Assembly (NCBI GenBank): GCA_013265495.1
Contig: MU058423.1
Location: 137,061 to 201,060 of the forward strand
From: Vicugna vicugna
Taxonomy: Eukaryota
DNA: 64,000 nucleotides
Reading direction: 5' to 3'
Shown here piece after piece: positions 25,923 to 42,539 of the stretch. A program made the translations under genes and the position numbers. Within the stretch, counting starts at the first letter, position 1. The number at the start of each line of letters is the position of its first letter. Below the pieces are notes generated by a model, which saw only the letters and a list, made by a program, of their open reading frames with translations, was not told where the DNA came from and did not search any database.

Positions 25923-26619
25923 TTTTACCTCATTGATTTCCACTCAGATTTAAAGACTTGGTTCTCAGGCTGCCTTCCCCCTGCTGGATTTAGTTTCTTT
26001 TCTAGATAGTTTCTCCTGTAGCACAGAGGACACACTTCTATCATGGCATTTATTACCCAGTCCATCCCCTGACCCCTTTCACCTGCCCTAAAGATTAACT
26101 GTGAAGTATTTGGACTCTGGGCAGCTCAATCCCAGAGGAGATGACCAAAACACAATTCATGTGTGGTGAAAAGATATGTGCTTTATAACTGAGTAGATCT
26201 GGATTCAAACTCTTGTTCTTCTGCGTTTTTGCTGTGTGATTGTTAGCAAATTACTTAATCTCTCTGAATCTTAGATTCCTTGTTTATAAAATCCAAATAG
26301 CAATACCTACCCTATGGAATTGTGAGGATTAAATAAGACAATTCACATTAAAAAATAGTCTCCCCTTCTATTCTCATTTTCCATGTGCTTTTTCCTGGTC
26401 CTAACCTCCCAGCTAGTGAGACAGCTATTGAAGGCCCTCAGACATTTTTTGCTCTCTGAGCATCTGCATCTATAAACTGCTGTTAATAATATTTACCTTA
26501 CCTTATGGAGATTGGATGAGTCAAGGTATGTGAAACCAGTTTATTGAATTAAAATGACATGATAGGGCTCAAACAGTCAACACTTTTATTCTTTATCATA
26601 TTTTTCTATCACACCTGAT

Positions 26620-28900
26620 GGGCAGCTTAGGTCACATGGTAACTTGGTGATTCACAGTCAGAGATTCAGTCTCAGGTTGAGCTCAGTAAAAGCTGGGACC
26701 CATCTCTCAAGGGGAAAATAGTTATCTGGAGAGCATAGTTGGATCCAAAATCCTAAGGGTTTGCTCTGTGATTCATCTTCAGAGGCTGCCAAGGGCTCCG
26801 TACCGTGTCTGTGGCTCCACAGAGTGCCAGACACGTCAAGCACCATTGGATGTGACAGTTTGTGTGGCCCGAGGGGCAAATAAGTTTGCACAGCAGCGTA
26901 CACAGACTGCAGGGACTTCTCTTGTCCTGGGTCCTACTCAAAACAGGAGGTATTTGACTTTTCTGATAAATGAGTCAGAGCAGCATAACCAAATGAAGCT
27001 CATGTTATTTTCAAAATCCAAAGAGGCTCACTAATTATTGAACTTCTTTCTTACTTATAGGAAAAGCCACTTGTCTCTCACCACAACAAGGGTACTTTGA
27101 CATGCCTCAGATCACTAGAGCCCTAGAACATTTACCAGGGTGGCAAGCTCCTAAATTTTTGTGGGATTTAATCCTCATCATCTGTCATGCATGTGTTTTG
27201 CTGAAGTGTCTAGAGGACTAGCTACTCTCCACTCTTCAGATCCATCCAGCGTGATATCATCCATGGAGCTGACAAAGCCTTGAGGAGAGAGAGTGAAGGT
27301 GTATTGCTGTTCCCACCAGCTGAAAGTCAATTGTGGAAAAAAAAAGAAAGAAAGAAAGAAAAGGAAGTCAATTGTGTCTGGCGATCTTTACTAACAGGTA
27401 TTGGGATGAAGAAATTTTCCTCTACCCTTCTAGGTTCTTCCTGCTGGTCTAAGAATTAAGCTGACATGAGACAGATTAACAGGAGAAAGTCACGCAGAAG
27501 TTTAATAACATGCATATGTGGGAGAGACTTGGGAAAACTGAGAAACTCACCAAAATGGCTGAGACCCTCACCTTAAATACCATTTCAGCTAAAGACAAAT
27601 GAGGATGATGGGGGTAATGGTTTGGAACGCCAAAGGAGAGGAAGAAGATGGGAAAGCAAATGTTTGATAAACAAATGTTTGCTGGTCTATGCAGAGAAAG
27701 TGGGACACAGAGTGGACTCTGATCTCTAAGCGTTTCCCCCACCACACCTAGCCCATGTTCTGGGCAGGTATCTCAGCGATAGCTCTGGGCCTATAACAGG
27801 TCCTCTATGTAAATTCTTCAGGCATTAGGGGGAAGATCAAAGTTTCTTCCTGAGTCTTTGGGGCCTTGATTTTTTTAGCTTGAAATAATTGGCATGCTGA
27901 AAAGATATTTTAGTGTGCAAATTTTGTTCCCTTACACAGATATAAAGAAAAAAACATTTGTCAGATCAATAGCTGCATACCAGGTGCCAAGGATGTCTGC
28001 TCCAGTAAAGAAACCATGTCTGGAGCAGAGGTGGAAATTGGAGTCAGCCTGGTTATGTTTATGATAATTAACTATCATTCTCCAAGAGCGATCTATATTC
28101 TGCACAAAACAGATAGGCAAGTTGAATGAGGAAATGGTAAGAATCACCACAACTACATCCTTCAAGTTCTGATGGTGACCCTAATCTCGGCAATCCCTCC
28201 AGGAATGAAACGGCTGTGGGCTTACCATTTTGGTGGGCACAGTCCACTCCAGAGGCTTCCCCCTGACATTTCCCACCACAATAGCCCTCTCTGCTACTGA
28301 CAGTGGCTCTTGTCAGTCCTCTCTCTAATGAGTCACTAGCAAAATGCTACTTCCTGTTTCTAAAAGTTTGAGCACTGCCGGTTTAGAGGTATTTCTAAGG
28401 GAAGAATGCCAACATCAGGGAACATAACAATGATTCTACTACAATGGAATTAGAGACTGCCGCCTGACTACTTTGAGTTTGGATTTCAAAAGTCTCACCT
28501 TTGCAGCTGTAAGAAATAGAGTTTCTTTTCAGGCCATCATAGAACTACCCTACTCCTTTACACAAGCCATGGGTTGGGAATTTAAGGACTTGAGCTCATA
28601 ATTTTCTTTCAAATTTCTTGAGTGCACTTAGAAGCAACCAGCTAACCCCCTTATGCTCTTTATTTGCATTAGATTGTTCAGTGGTGGCAACTACTTGGTT
28701 ACCCAAAGCCTTGCCTTCTATACGTATCTTAATTACAGCTGTCTACAGATGATAATTGATGTATCTGTCTTGCCACTGCATGCCATGGTCTACCAGTGTC
28801 ACCTTTACCATTAACAATAAGGTCATTAATATCATTAATCAGATCAATTCAAGATTCCTATCCTTAAAGTTCTATTCCTCTGGAATCATTTCCAGTACCC
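26620..28900 (-). mobile_element. Decayed ERVL internal region (pol/RT remnants)
   Basis: Minus-strand remnants KDVVVVILTISSFNLPICFVQNIDRSWRMIVNYHK, GTWYAAIDLTNVFF and AAVQTYLPLGPHKLSHPMVLDVS resemble ERVL pol motifs (SPFNSPIWPV..WRMTVDY, WYAAIDLANAFF, ALPLGPYDP..MVLEVS). Confidence 0.75.
27399..27936 (-). mobile_element. Solo LTR nested inside ERVL pol
   Basis: About 540 bp element ending ...cccttaca, TSD cagg/caga; removing it rejoins the RT motif. Confidence 0.65.
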
Positions 28901-28934
28901 ATAATAGTGCCTGATACTGATTTGATATTGATAC

Positions 28935-29290
28935 TAACAGTATTAGAAAGTGTTCAATCAGGAAGGAGAGCCACTAAGAGAATTATGTAATAAGGGATTT
29001 ATTTTAGGAACAAGGCTTTATACATTTTTGGAAAAACTAGGGAAATCAGCCCCTGAATGGAAAAATTGGAGGATCAAAGAATAGTCACTAATCAACCCTT
29101 CTGAAGTCAGGCATGTGCAGTTGTTAGAGCAGGACCCTAGAGAGCTGGTGGAGGAGTTTACAGGAAAGGCCGTTGCCTCTGCATCTGGGGGTTGGCCTGG
29201 GGTTGCTGTTGGTCAGAAGGCCTGAGGGTTGCTAAGAAAAGCTTGATGTGGAACAAGCCTGGAGCCTGCCAGCACTTCTAACCACTTCTA
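28935..29290 (-). mobile_element. Probable ERVL-associated LTR fragment
   Basis: Lies next to the ERVL internal region; gggatttatt and agagccacta motifs are typical of antisense ERVL LTRs; boundaries approximate. Confidence 0.4.
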
Positions 29291-29595
29291 ACTACACGTG
29301 GGTGCACGTGCAGTTACTTCCCTGAAGATTAAAAGCAGAAATTACATGAGCTTGGAGAATGTGAACTGAGTTGCTCTGGGGGGTGATAACACATCAGGGA
29401 AGCATCCATCTGCTCCAAGTCTTTTTCTCGGCCTCTTAGCCTTCATTTCATCATTTCTTGGTTGTTAGCTCTCACAAGTAGCAGTGGAAGGGATTAAAGG
29501 GGACACAGGCACAGTCTCAAAAAAATATATCTATACAGTCATCATTTTCCAGATTGTACAGGTGTACTGAGAAGGGTTTTATAAAAATACTGGGG

Positions 29596-29813
29596 CAGGG
29601 GTTAGCAAAAGTTTTCTGTAAAAGTTCTAATATTAAATATTTTAGGCTTTGTAGGCCATATGGTTTCTCTGCAGTGACTCAGCTCTGCTATCATAGCAGG
29701 AACGTAATTACAGACAATAATAAACAAATGAGCATGGTTACATTCCAATAAATCTTTATTTAGAAAGACAGGCAGTGGGCCAGATTTGGCCCACAGGCCT
29801 TGGTTTACAGACC
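29596..29813. mobile_element. hAT-Charlie DNA transposon, MER58A-like
   Basis: caggggttagcaaa...ttttaggctttgtaggccata...ttccaataaa...gggccagatttggcccac...gaccc. Confidence 0.7.
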
Positions 29814-31325
29814 CACATTAGGCTCTAAAGAACCCTGAAGCCATCAAAACTGGCTTCACAGTTCTTCCAAAGATTGATTGGACTTCCATTCTGTCTCTTC
29901 CTGTCTCTTTATCTCCTAGAAGGATAAAAATCAAATTTTATTCTGATTATTTTGTGCTGTGCTTTGGTGTTCTGATGTTCTTCTGAATGAGTGATCTTAA
30001 TCCCCCTTTTGTCCCTCCTCTCCCCTTTCTGTGCATATATCTCTAAATGCTTCCAATTCTTCTTCATTCTGTCCTTTTGTCCTCACAGGGTCAGGTGATT
30101 TTAGAATAAGACTCTTTCATATTCATCCTTGCTAAAACCCTGGCTTCTCTGCAGGGCCCTCATCTGTACCAGGGTAAAGAGGCAATGTGTAGTAGTGTAA
30201 AAAGCACTTCTCTGGATCACTGGGCAGGACATGCCATCCAGCTTGCTGTGTGACTTTGAGCAAATCACCTAACCTCTCTGAGGCTCCCTTTCCTCATCTG
30301 TCAAATGAGGGAATTAGCTAATGTTCTCTAAAATCCCTTCTGGCTCTAAGCGTGTGATTTTAGGAAGCTGTGGCTTCAACTCCAGGCTACTGTCTGGGGC
30401 CATTAATTAGGATGTCACTCACAGACCTTAATGAAACTGCCAGGAGGCCACAGAAATTAGCCACATGATCTCCTGTAACTTGGCAACCTTTCTAAGCTGA
30501 GGAGGTAGGTACACCGGCTAACTTCAGGGAATCGGAGAGCCCATCCCACTAAGGGGAAAAAAGGAACACCAATGACTCCAGGAATTCTATGTTCCAGGAA
30601 AGTTAATTTGCATCCCTATGCTGTCATCAAAGTAGCTATGAGATGTGCACAGATAGTGACTTAGTGGGAGACAGGACCCTGGGGAGGTCCCACTGGGAGG
30701 TGAGATGCTTTCCCTTCTCCACCAGGTCCTCACGTGTGGGGCTTACCTGACAACACACAGAATATCCCTCAAAGCCCACCAAATAAACCAATGAATAAGC
30801 CAGGAGGAAATGGAGGCTTTGAGGGGTTAAAAAAAGCATTAGCAAACTCCAGCACGTGCCAGAGGAAAGAGGTCTTCTCTGCAGCAGGGATGAGGGAGGT
30901 CAGGGGGGATCAAGGGGGCTGGACTTTGGCTGAGGCAGGGGCTGGGGTGGTTGGTGGCTTTTGGGAAGTTTGGACAGCATCACCCTCATTCTCTCAGGCT
31001 CATCCCCTGGCTCACAGCTCAGCTTCTGTGGATGCAGCAGATGGACAAGGGTCGGAGCCCTCTCCCTCCCTCCTGGACACAGTCTCGAAGGATGGGGAGG
31101 GAGTGGAGAAGCCCGCATCCTGGCCTTGAGGAGATCAGGCTCTTATTGTCTGACTGCTAAAGCTGTCTCATTTGTAGCCTAAATAATTCACTCACCAATC
31201 TCTCAAGGAACATTAGAAGAAAAACAAAACCTGACCCAGCCCTCACGCTCAGGTTCCCACTGCTCTGCAGGCAGACCGGAGGGAGGCAGACTCAAGCTGC
31301 AGGGATGATCTGCCTTCAAAGTTCA

Positions 31326-31540
31326 CTGGGGTTGGTTGGCAACCTTCCAAAATTTGCCTAGGGCCTGGTTTTGTACCAGGTTGCGCTAAGAATGGTTTTT
31401 ACATTTTTTAAAAGTTTTTTTTAAAGATAGTATGAAACAAATGACAACAAAAACGAAGAAGAATATGCCACAGAAACTGTTTGGTGCCTGCAGAGCCCAA
31501 AATACATACTATCCTTTCCAGAAAGTATGCCAACCCCTTA
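31326..31540. mobile_element. hAT-Charlie DNA transposon, MER58B-like
   Basis: ggggttgg...gctaagaatggtttttacattttt...tgccaacccct terminal inverted repeat remnants. Confidence 0.55.
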
Positions 31541-32976
31541 ATTAATTCTCCAACCTTGCAGGACATGATGACAACTTTTGACCTACTCCTTGACTACCCC
31601 CACTGGGACCCCACTCTGCAGAGATTGAGAGTTGTCAAGCGCTGACATCTATAGTCTAGTGGGAAGCCGCACATTGTTCACCCCATTACCAAAAACAAAC
31701 AAAAAATGCAAAAACAAGAGCCCTGGAGTAGGGGAATGATCTTGACTCTACTGCACGGGGAGGGAGGGAGAGAAGCAGGGAGCGGCGGAGACTCTGCCCC
31801 AACTCATCATCTGATTTGTCTTCTCCAAGGGTCAGAATTCAGCACTGTCCCCATTTGTCTCTACTGACGCCCCTTCCCTCAAGGCCCCATCACACTCTGT
31901 GATGCTGGTGATCCCAGGGGATCCCGGCTGATGCGGGTTGACGCCAGCAGTAATTCTCTTACTGATGAGACATCCAAGTAACGGGTGTCTCTGAGTTCCT
32001 GAGGCCTGTGTGTCATCTGCAAACCGTCTGACCCTCAGTCCTGGACAGAGGCTCCATCAGGCCCAGCAAGTGCTCCCCTCCTGCCCAGCAGGGCCTCTGA
32101 AGGGAGAAGACTGTGACCAGCCCTGGACGCCACCCAGACCCTCTCTTGGAGCCAGAGCCTCTGAGAGGTATGGCCTAAGGACTCCGGAAGAGATGGGTGA
32201 GAGTGGCAGTGGGGCTGCCAGCTCAGACTGCCTGCTTCTCACTAGGCTGAGGGACCTCTGGGTTGTCCCAGGGTCTGTTTGGAAGTTTTGGGGCTGAGGG
32301 CAGAGTGGAGACCCAGTGGCCCTGCATCCTGATGTGCAGATATTCTGGATACTTCAGGTAAGAGTGACCTTGGTAAAACTTCCTGCTCAGAAACATTGTG
32401 CTGACTGGCCAGTTCTTTGCAGGTTTCTGTTCTTGAGATGAAACCAATATGGAAGGCCTAGGCTGGAACCCCAAAATCCAGGCCAAGTGAAAGGTCAGCA
32501 GTCTTAAAGATCTGAGAGCCCAAGATGTGACAACTTGGGCAAGTCACCTCGCCTCTCTTGGACTCAGTGCCCTCCTCTGTTAAAACAAGCAAACAAACAA
32601 AAACCGGAGGTGCTTGGATGGGGGTGATTTTACAGTCCCGTCCAGCCCATACCCAGTAAGCAGCCCGGAGCAGGCCAGGCCTCTGCAGAAGCTTTGCTGG
32701 CAAGTTACTTGCTTTCATCTCTGTTTCCCTCTCCCGAGTCAAATCAGTCCCATCCAAACGAGGTACAGCAGGTCTGGCATCAGGGGAGAGTGTTCTCCTT
32801 CAGCAGCTTGCCGGGGATTCCGACTGATGTGAGGGAGGGAAGCAGTGGGTGGTGAATGTGACCTCCTGCCTGTGCCCTGTGGCCGGGGGTGGCCAAAGAG
32901 CTGTGGGAGTCTCATCCCCACACCCCCAACATGTTCACAGCATATGGTCCAGAAGCCACTGTCTGATACCACATAC

Positions 32977-32982
32977 TTTAAT
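32977..32982 (-). terminator. TAFA3: Putative TAFA3 polyadenylation signal (ATTAAA)
   Basis: Plus-strand tttaat reads ATTAAA on minus, about 300 nt after the TAFA3 stop codon. Confidence 0.5.
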
Positions 32983-33281
32983 CTAAACTATCTAGAGTGT
33001 CTTTCATCAGCTCTCCAACTTGACTGAACATTCCCTACGGGCAGGAATGGTATCTTGACTTTCCTCTGTGTCCCCTAGAACCAACACCACAGGCCTGGAG
33101 ACACGTGCTCTGTATCTGCTGAGCAGCTCGACTGAAATGCCCCTGGAAAGAATGCTGCGGTACTTGGCACAGGGTGTGGGTCGGGGTAAGTGAATCTCCA
33201 CGTTTGGTGACTGATAACTGGACACCGTTCTCCAGTCTGTGGCTTAATCAAGCTGTCCTGTTCAGGACGTGACCCCAAGAG

Positions 33282-36983
<3,702 letters not shown>

Positions 36984-39666
36984 CCTGCAAAGAGAAGCAC
37001 ACACCCTGCTTGACTCCAAGCAGGAGCCCCGCCACCTCCCAGTCCCTGCACCACTGTTTCCATGCACTCTGGGAGGCTCAGAGGCGGGCAAGCTGCACAC
37101 TTTGTCCCCAGGCAGCTTTCAGCCTGGCACAAACACTGTAGAAAGTGGTGAGCGCACCAACAGGGAAGCAGAGCGGGAAGGAGACTGTTCTGCTGGGAAA
37201 CGCGTGGAAAGCTCTGCGGAGGAGATGGCATTTAGGAGGGGTCTTACGGAATGAACCAGACCTGGTCCCATGGAGGGCAGCGACACGGGAGGAACAGCAA
37301 TGCTGACTCCCATGTTTTGAGCGCTTGACCCTCACACTCTGCAAGCATGCTCTTGAGCCCTTCACAACTGTCTTACAAAATAGGATTATTTGTATCTATT
37401 TTACAGATGAGCAAACTGATACTCAAAGAGCCTGGACACAACTTAAACAACCTTCAATAAAAGGCTGGCTAAATACATTGTGGGTCATTTGTGCAAATGT
37501 AGTCCCATCGAGACAGCTATAAAAGAATGAGAAAATGCTTTATGTACTGAGGCATGCAATCTCCAACAAAAATCCATCATTTAGGGGAAAAAAGTAAAGT
37601 GCAGGATGTGTGTATTCAATGTGCAAAATGGAGGCATTATATATGTTGCTCAAATATGGGTAAGCTAGTTCTAGAAAATGTACCCCAAAAATCTAGTAAC
37701 ATTGTTTGCCACCAAGAAGGGAAACTGGTTGGCTGGGAAAGAGGTAGAAGGGAGACATTTTTCTCCCTATTGCTGTTTTACCTTTTGGGTTTTGAACCAT
37801 GGGAAATGTCCTAGCAATTCAACTTAAAATTTAAGTTTAAAAAGGAAGAAATGAAACGAAGGCTAATAGAAGTCAAATGATTTGCCTAAGACCAGGCAGC
37901 ATGGGGGTGGCAGAGCCCAGAGCCAGGAAGCCTGCCCTCTTCCTATGGCACCTCCTTGTTTCTGCTTTCTTCCCCTTTCCTCCTCTTCCTCCATTCTTGA
38001 TAGTTTGGGTCTCTGAAGTCTATCCCAGAGGGTGGGCTAGACATGGAGGGACTCCCAGGGAAGCAGAGGCACAGAGCAGCTGGGAGCAACCCAAGCATAG
38101 AAGGGCCCCTCTGCTGTTTTGCTGCCCCCCTGGGGCATCGCTGGGCTCCCTCAGGTGCCAGCACCATGCTGGGAACACCAGGCGCAAAACCAAATGCCAG
38201 GATCCAGCTGCTCCCTTGGATAGCATGTCCGCCCTCCTTCTCCCCCTCTTTAAGTGTCTCCTCACTCACCTTTTTGGAGATCTTTCAGCTTCTGTCTGTT
38301 CATCCACTGACCTCAGACTCACTCTACCTAGACAAGGTGGAAAGATTCTTGGGGTTTGCAAAGGACAGAGGGAGCCCGTGGCCCTGCAAGGGGTGGAGGG
38401 GGGCCTGGGTGAGGGCAACGGGGTAGACTGGGCACTGAGCTTAATTCTGAGGCTGTTTCCCCAGGTGCCAGGGCAGGGGGCATAGTCCCTCATATGCCCT
38501 GGGAATTCGCAGGGGTCCTGGCAGGCTCTGGGGACACATAGCGAGGCAGGCCTGAGAAGCGTAGCTGGAGAGAGTTTCTCTGTCCCAGGAGCGAAGCAGG
38601 GCTGATGGTAGGAGGTGTCTAAGAATCAACGCTATCACCTCTCTGGCTTTGGGAAGGAGCTGAAGGCCAGGGAAGGTTTCCTGAGCAGACTCTGATGGAC
38701 TGCTTCTGGGAAAAGTCACCCTGAGGTCCTGAATCCTCTTTGCCTCCTCCTGCTAGTCCCATCACACCTGCTTCCTGGATTTGCCAGGAGCTGGCTCAAC
38801 TTTGCCACCTTCACCCCTATTTCCACTCCAGAGGGCCATAAAGGGGGTCCTCCAGGTCTCTGAGCCTCAGAGATTCTCCATTCCTCCCTAAGACCTCCTC
38901 TCCCTCAGCCTCCAAAGGTAGGTGGAACTGAGGCAGGTAGGCTGCTGGGACCCAGGAAGGATCGAGAACCCTGTGTCCGAGCTCCTCAGAGTGAGAGCCC
39001 AGAAAGGACTATTGAGGCAGATGGAGGTACCAATACCACTGGAATGAATGTGCTCTGTGGGCAGAGAGCGTCTAGAAGGACCTTTTTTCTGTGTAGATGT
39101 CTCCTCTCCCTGTCCCCATTAGGAACCTTCATTTTGATCATAAAAAATGCAGCCTTGTTTTTTCTCAGGTGGTCCCTGACCCATTTCTCTCTGAGCTGCC
39201 ACACCCTGCAATCCAACTCCTCCATCTCTTCTATGGGTCCCAAGACCCAAAGGACCTGGGGGGGAGGCGGGGAATGGGGTGGGTTCTCTGGCATTCTGTT
39301 CCTTCCCTCAGGGAGAGTTAAAGAAAGAAGCTTCTGGGATTTGTTCTCAGGCTTCCACACTCCTGCCTCAGTTTCCCAGGCTGTTTTCCCTACCCCCCTG
39401 CACACCAGCGTGGGGTTGAGAATGTGAACCACAAGATCCTCTAACCTTTCCCTACCTGCTCCTGCCCCGCGCCCTCTCGGTCCTCCCAATTCTGAGCCCA
39501 CACGCCTGGGACCTACCTCTCCCACGGCGGTGCCCAGTGGTTCCACCCGCCGACCTGAGGTTCTCCTTGCCTCTGAGCCCGGGACCACGACTCCTAAAGG
39601 CAGACTGCAGGCGGGAGCGGCCAGCTCGGGTGGGTGCTGTCTAGTCCGGAGCCCTGTCCCCCTCAC

Positions 39667-40050
39667 CAAGTTGCTGCGTCCCCAAGGCTGCGTCCCCAAG
39701 GCTCTGGCCAAACTGGCATCACGTTCAGGCCGGGCCCGCTCCGGGTACCGGGGATCTCCGGGCCTGCCCGGCCAGCTCTACAGAGCTCAGCCGGGATCCC
39801 CCGAGCTCCCGCCTGCAGTCCGGGGAGCGCGCGGCCGCCGCCGCCGCCGCCTCCTCTTTGCCGGGGGCCGCCCCCGCTCCGCCAGCCTCGCGCGGGCGTC
39901 GCTGCCTCCTCCCGGACAGCGCCGGGCACCGCGCACAGCGCTCCGCCGGCCCTGCGGGTACAGCTGGGGCGCAGCGGCCCCTGGCGGCCGAGGCAAGACG
40001 AGGGAAGCCGGGAAGAGAGGACCGCTGGGTTCCCGCCGCCGTGCAGTTCC
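39667..40050 (-). promoter_or_regulatory. TAFA3: CpG island and putative first exon/promoter of TAFA3
   Basis: CpG- and GC-rich block (about 39460-40060) upstream of TAFA3. The TAFA3 ATG sits 1 nt after an acceptor (TTGCAG|G ATG), so an upstream exon is needed. A minus-strand donor TTG|GTGAGG lies at 39667/39666. The start boundary is approximate. Confidence 0.65.
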
Positions 40051-40073
40051 GATGATGATGATGATGATGATGA
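40051..40073. repeat. (GAT)n trinucleotide repeat at the edge of the TAFA3 CpG island
   Basis: gatgatgatgatgatgatgatga. Confidence 0.9.
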
Positions 40074-40207
40074 CCATCTCCCTGGAGCAGACAGGGGTAA
40101 CTCAGGTCCTTCAAAAGCCTCGGGGTCTGGGGTTTCAGGGTGGGAGCTGAGTGTGAGGAGCGATAGCCCAGACCCTCAGGGGTTTTGAGCCTTGAAGATT
40201 CCCCAAC

Positions 40208-40418
40208 TGTACTGCCCAATATAGTATCCACTACCGGGATGTGGTTACTTAAATCTAAATCTAAATCTAAATTGAATAACATTTTAAATTAAGTTTCTCA
40301 TTTGTACTCACAACATTTCAAGTGCTCAATAGTCACATGTAGCTAGGAACTACTGTGCTGAGTAGAAAAGATATAGGACATTCCCACATTGCACAAAGCC
40401 CTATTCAACAATGCTCTT
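40208..40418. mobile_element. DNA transposon, MER3/MER33-like
   Basis: ctgcccaatatagtatccacta...tttcaagtgctcaatagtcacatgtagctag... Confidence 0.65.
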
Positions 40419-42539
40419 CTAGATTGATAAGCTAGCCCTCCACTGTTAAAATGTTAAAATCCAAGAGGAAACAGCACGATCTCTACCACACGAGTGGTGT
40501 CCTCAGGGACACGAAGGATTAGGGGAGGTTTGAGGGTGGGGACCTGGCAGGAAAGAGGGTTGTAGTAGGCAGGTGAATGGTCCCTGAGAATGACGGGTAT
40601 GAATCCCAACTTGGGAACAAAATTCTGAGACCCACTTTTTTTCACCATAAAAACTGTCATATAATTGCAGTTGTATGTTGTATAATTCTTTACAGGGTAA
40701 GGTTCTGATTGTTAAAGTATTAGATAAATGGAAGAGGGAGGTGGTGGTCTGGGAACTTGTCTCTTAATTGAAGGACACTCTTCTTGGTTTAAGAGGGCTT
40801 TAGGGTTGGAGTAATAGTGAGGGGAGAAGAAATGGGAAGAAGCCCAGTTCTGGGCTCTGAGCCACTGCACGTGGCCTGGGATAAAGGGATGCATCTTGAG
40901 GCTGCCCCACTCCCATCCTAGCTGAGGCAGGACCAACCTCTGAGTACTCCCAGTTCTCAGCAGAGAAGACAATCCCCACTATCCCACCCCTCTTTCCCTT
41001 CTCACTCTGTGCTGCCTCAGGGATGAGTAGAGGTGCTGACCTTCTCCCCAGATTCTGGGGCAGTCTGAGGGTGGAGGAGGTGTCATGGTGCCGGGAATAG
41101 GAGGTGAGAGGTTCTGGGAGAGGAGAGCCTTAGGATTTGGGTATGGTTAGGGAATTGTTCTGGAACCCAGGGGATCTGTTGACATCCCTACTGGCCATCT
41201 GGTGCTGGAAATAGGGGTCTCTGGATCCCACTTCTGTGGCCCACTTGCAGTCACATCATGATGTGTTGTGTGAAGAGCAGGGCTGAGGGCCCTGGGTGAC
41301 ATGAAGAAGTGGTAAGCCAAGTGTCCCAGAAACACTGAATAATAAAAATAGCCAGGATGTTATATTTGTTCTTCAGACTTTGGCTGGCTGCTGCTGTTTA
41401 TGTCATTTATCTGTGAGCTGGTTGTAGTCTTTCTCAAAGAGGAAATACTCATCACAGCACCATGTTCTTTCTCTCCGTCTGTCTTCACTACCCTATGTGT
41501 CTTTGGGTCTGACTTTTTTTTTTTCACTTGTGATTTATCTTTCTGCCCAGAGTGCAGGCATACTTTTAGAAGGTTACAAACCTGAATGACCATTGTGAGA
41601 TTTTTATTTGGAAGCTACCAGGAAAGACACCTCTTATGGGGGCACAGTCTAACCCAGGAAAAGGGGATCATGGTCAGAGGTGGAATCCCCAACCATGAAC
41701 TGGGTACTAGTAGTCTGAGGGTTACCCCCGACTTGCATTAGGGCCATAAGGGCCGTGTCCCCATTTGAACCAAACGTAGGGCAGGAGGTGTCTCCGGATG
41801 CCTAATGATCAGTTAGTTCTCAGACTTAAGGAACATAGCTCTTCTGGCATCAGGTCAGTATCACCTTCTCCTCCGGGCAGGCGCTTAGCCGGCCTCTGTC
41901 TCCCCCTGGCGGCAGCCACAGGACTTGTTCAGTATACCTGGACTGCTGTCGGCTTCTGCCTTAAGAGGAGGGTGGGAGAGGAGGAACCCCCACTTTTCTC
42001 CTTACCTTTCACCTATCTCTTAACCTTTCCTCCCTGATCCAGACAAACTAGCTTGATTCTTAAGACAGAATCAGGTTTGGATGGCTGGGAAACTGACATG
42101 GGAATGAATTTCACACTGGCTGGGACAAGTCATGAAAAATGACAGGAGTCCTGCCTCATCCGTAAAAAGAACGCAGTAAAACCCATCTTGTAGGATTGGT
42201 AAGCTGTATAAATGACGTAAAGTGTGGGGAGTGCTTTGTAGGCCTATTATGTAGTGATTCTTCAATAAACGGTAGCTATTGCTGTTGTTATCCTTACTAA
42301 CTAGTTCTGCCGTGGTCAGGGCAGGTCTAAATATGGGGGGAAATTGGGTCTTGAAGAAGAAAGTGGAGTCGGAGTGGCAACCGCTCTCCCGGATCTAGTG
42401 GTGGTCTTCCCAGGGAACTGCCCCCTCAGGAATCCAGGACTTAACCCCAGCTCCCTAATTCAGGATGATCGACTCCATCCTGCCTCGTTATCACCCTCAA
42501 CATCACTCCCAGCACCAGCTCGCTCACCCTTATTCGCAC

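Noticed and set aside
37877..38485. 202-aa ORF antisense in the first TAFA3 intron
   Set aside because: No recognisable motifs or splice support; consistent with a chance ORF in GC-rich DNA.
38986..40282. Overlapping 184-241 aa ORFs including poly-Met, poly-His and poly-Asp runs
   Set aside because: CpG-island artefacts; the homopolymer runs are just the (GAT)n microsatellite read in different frames.
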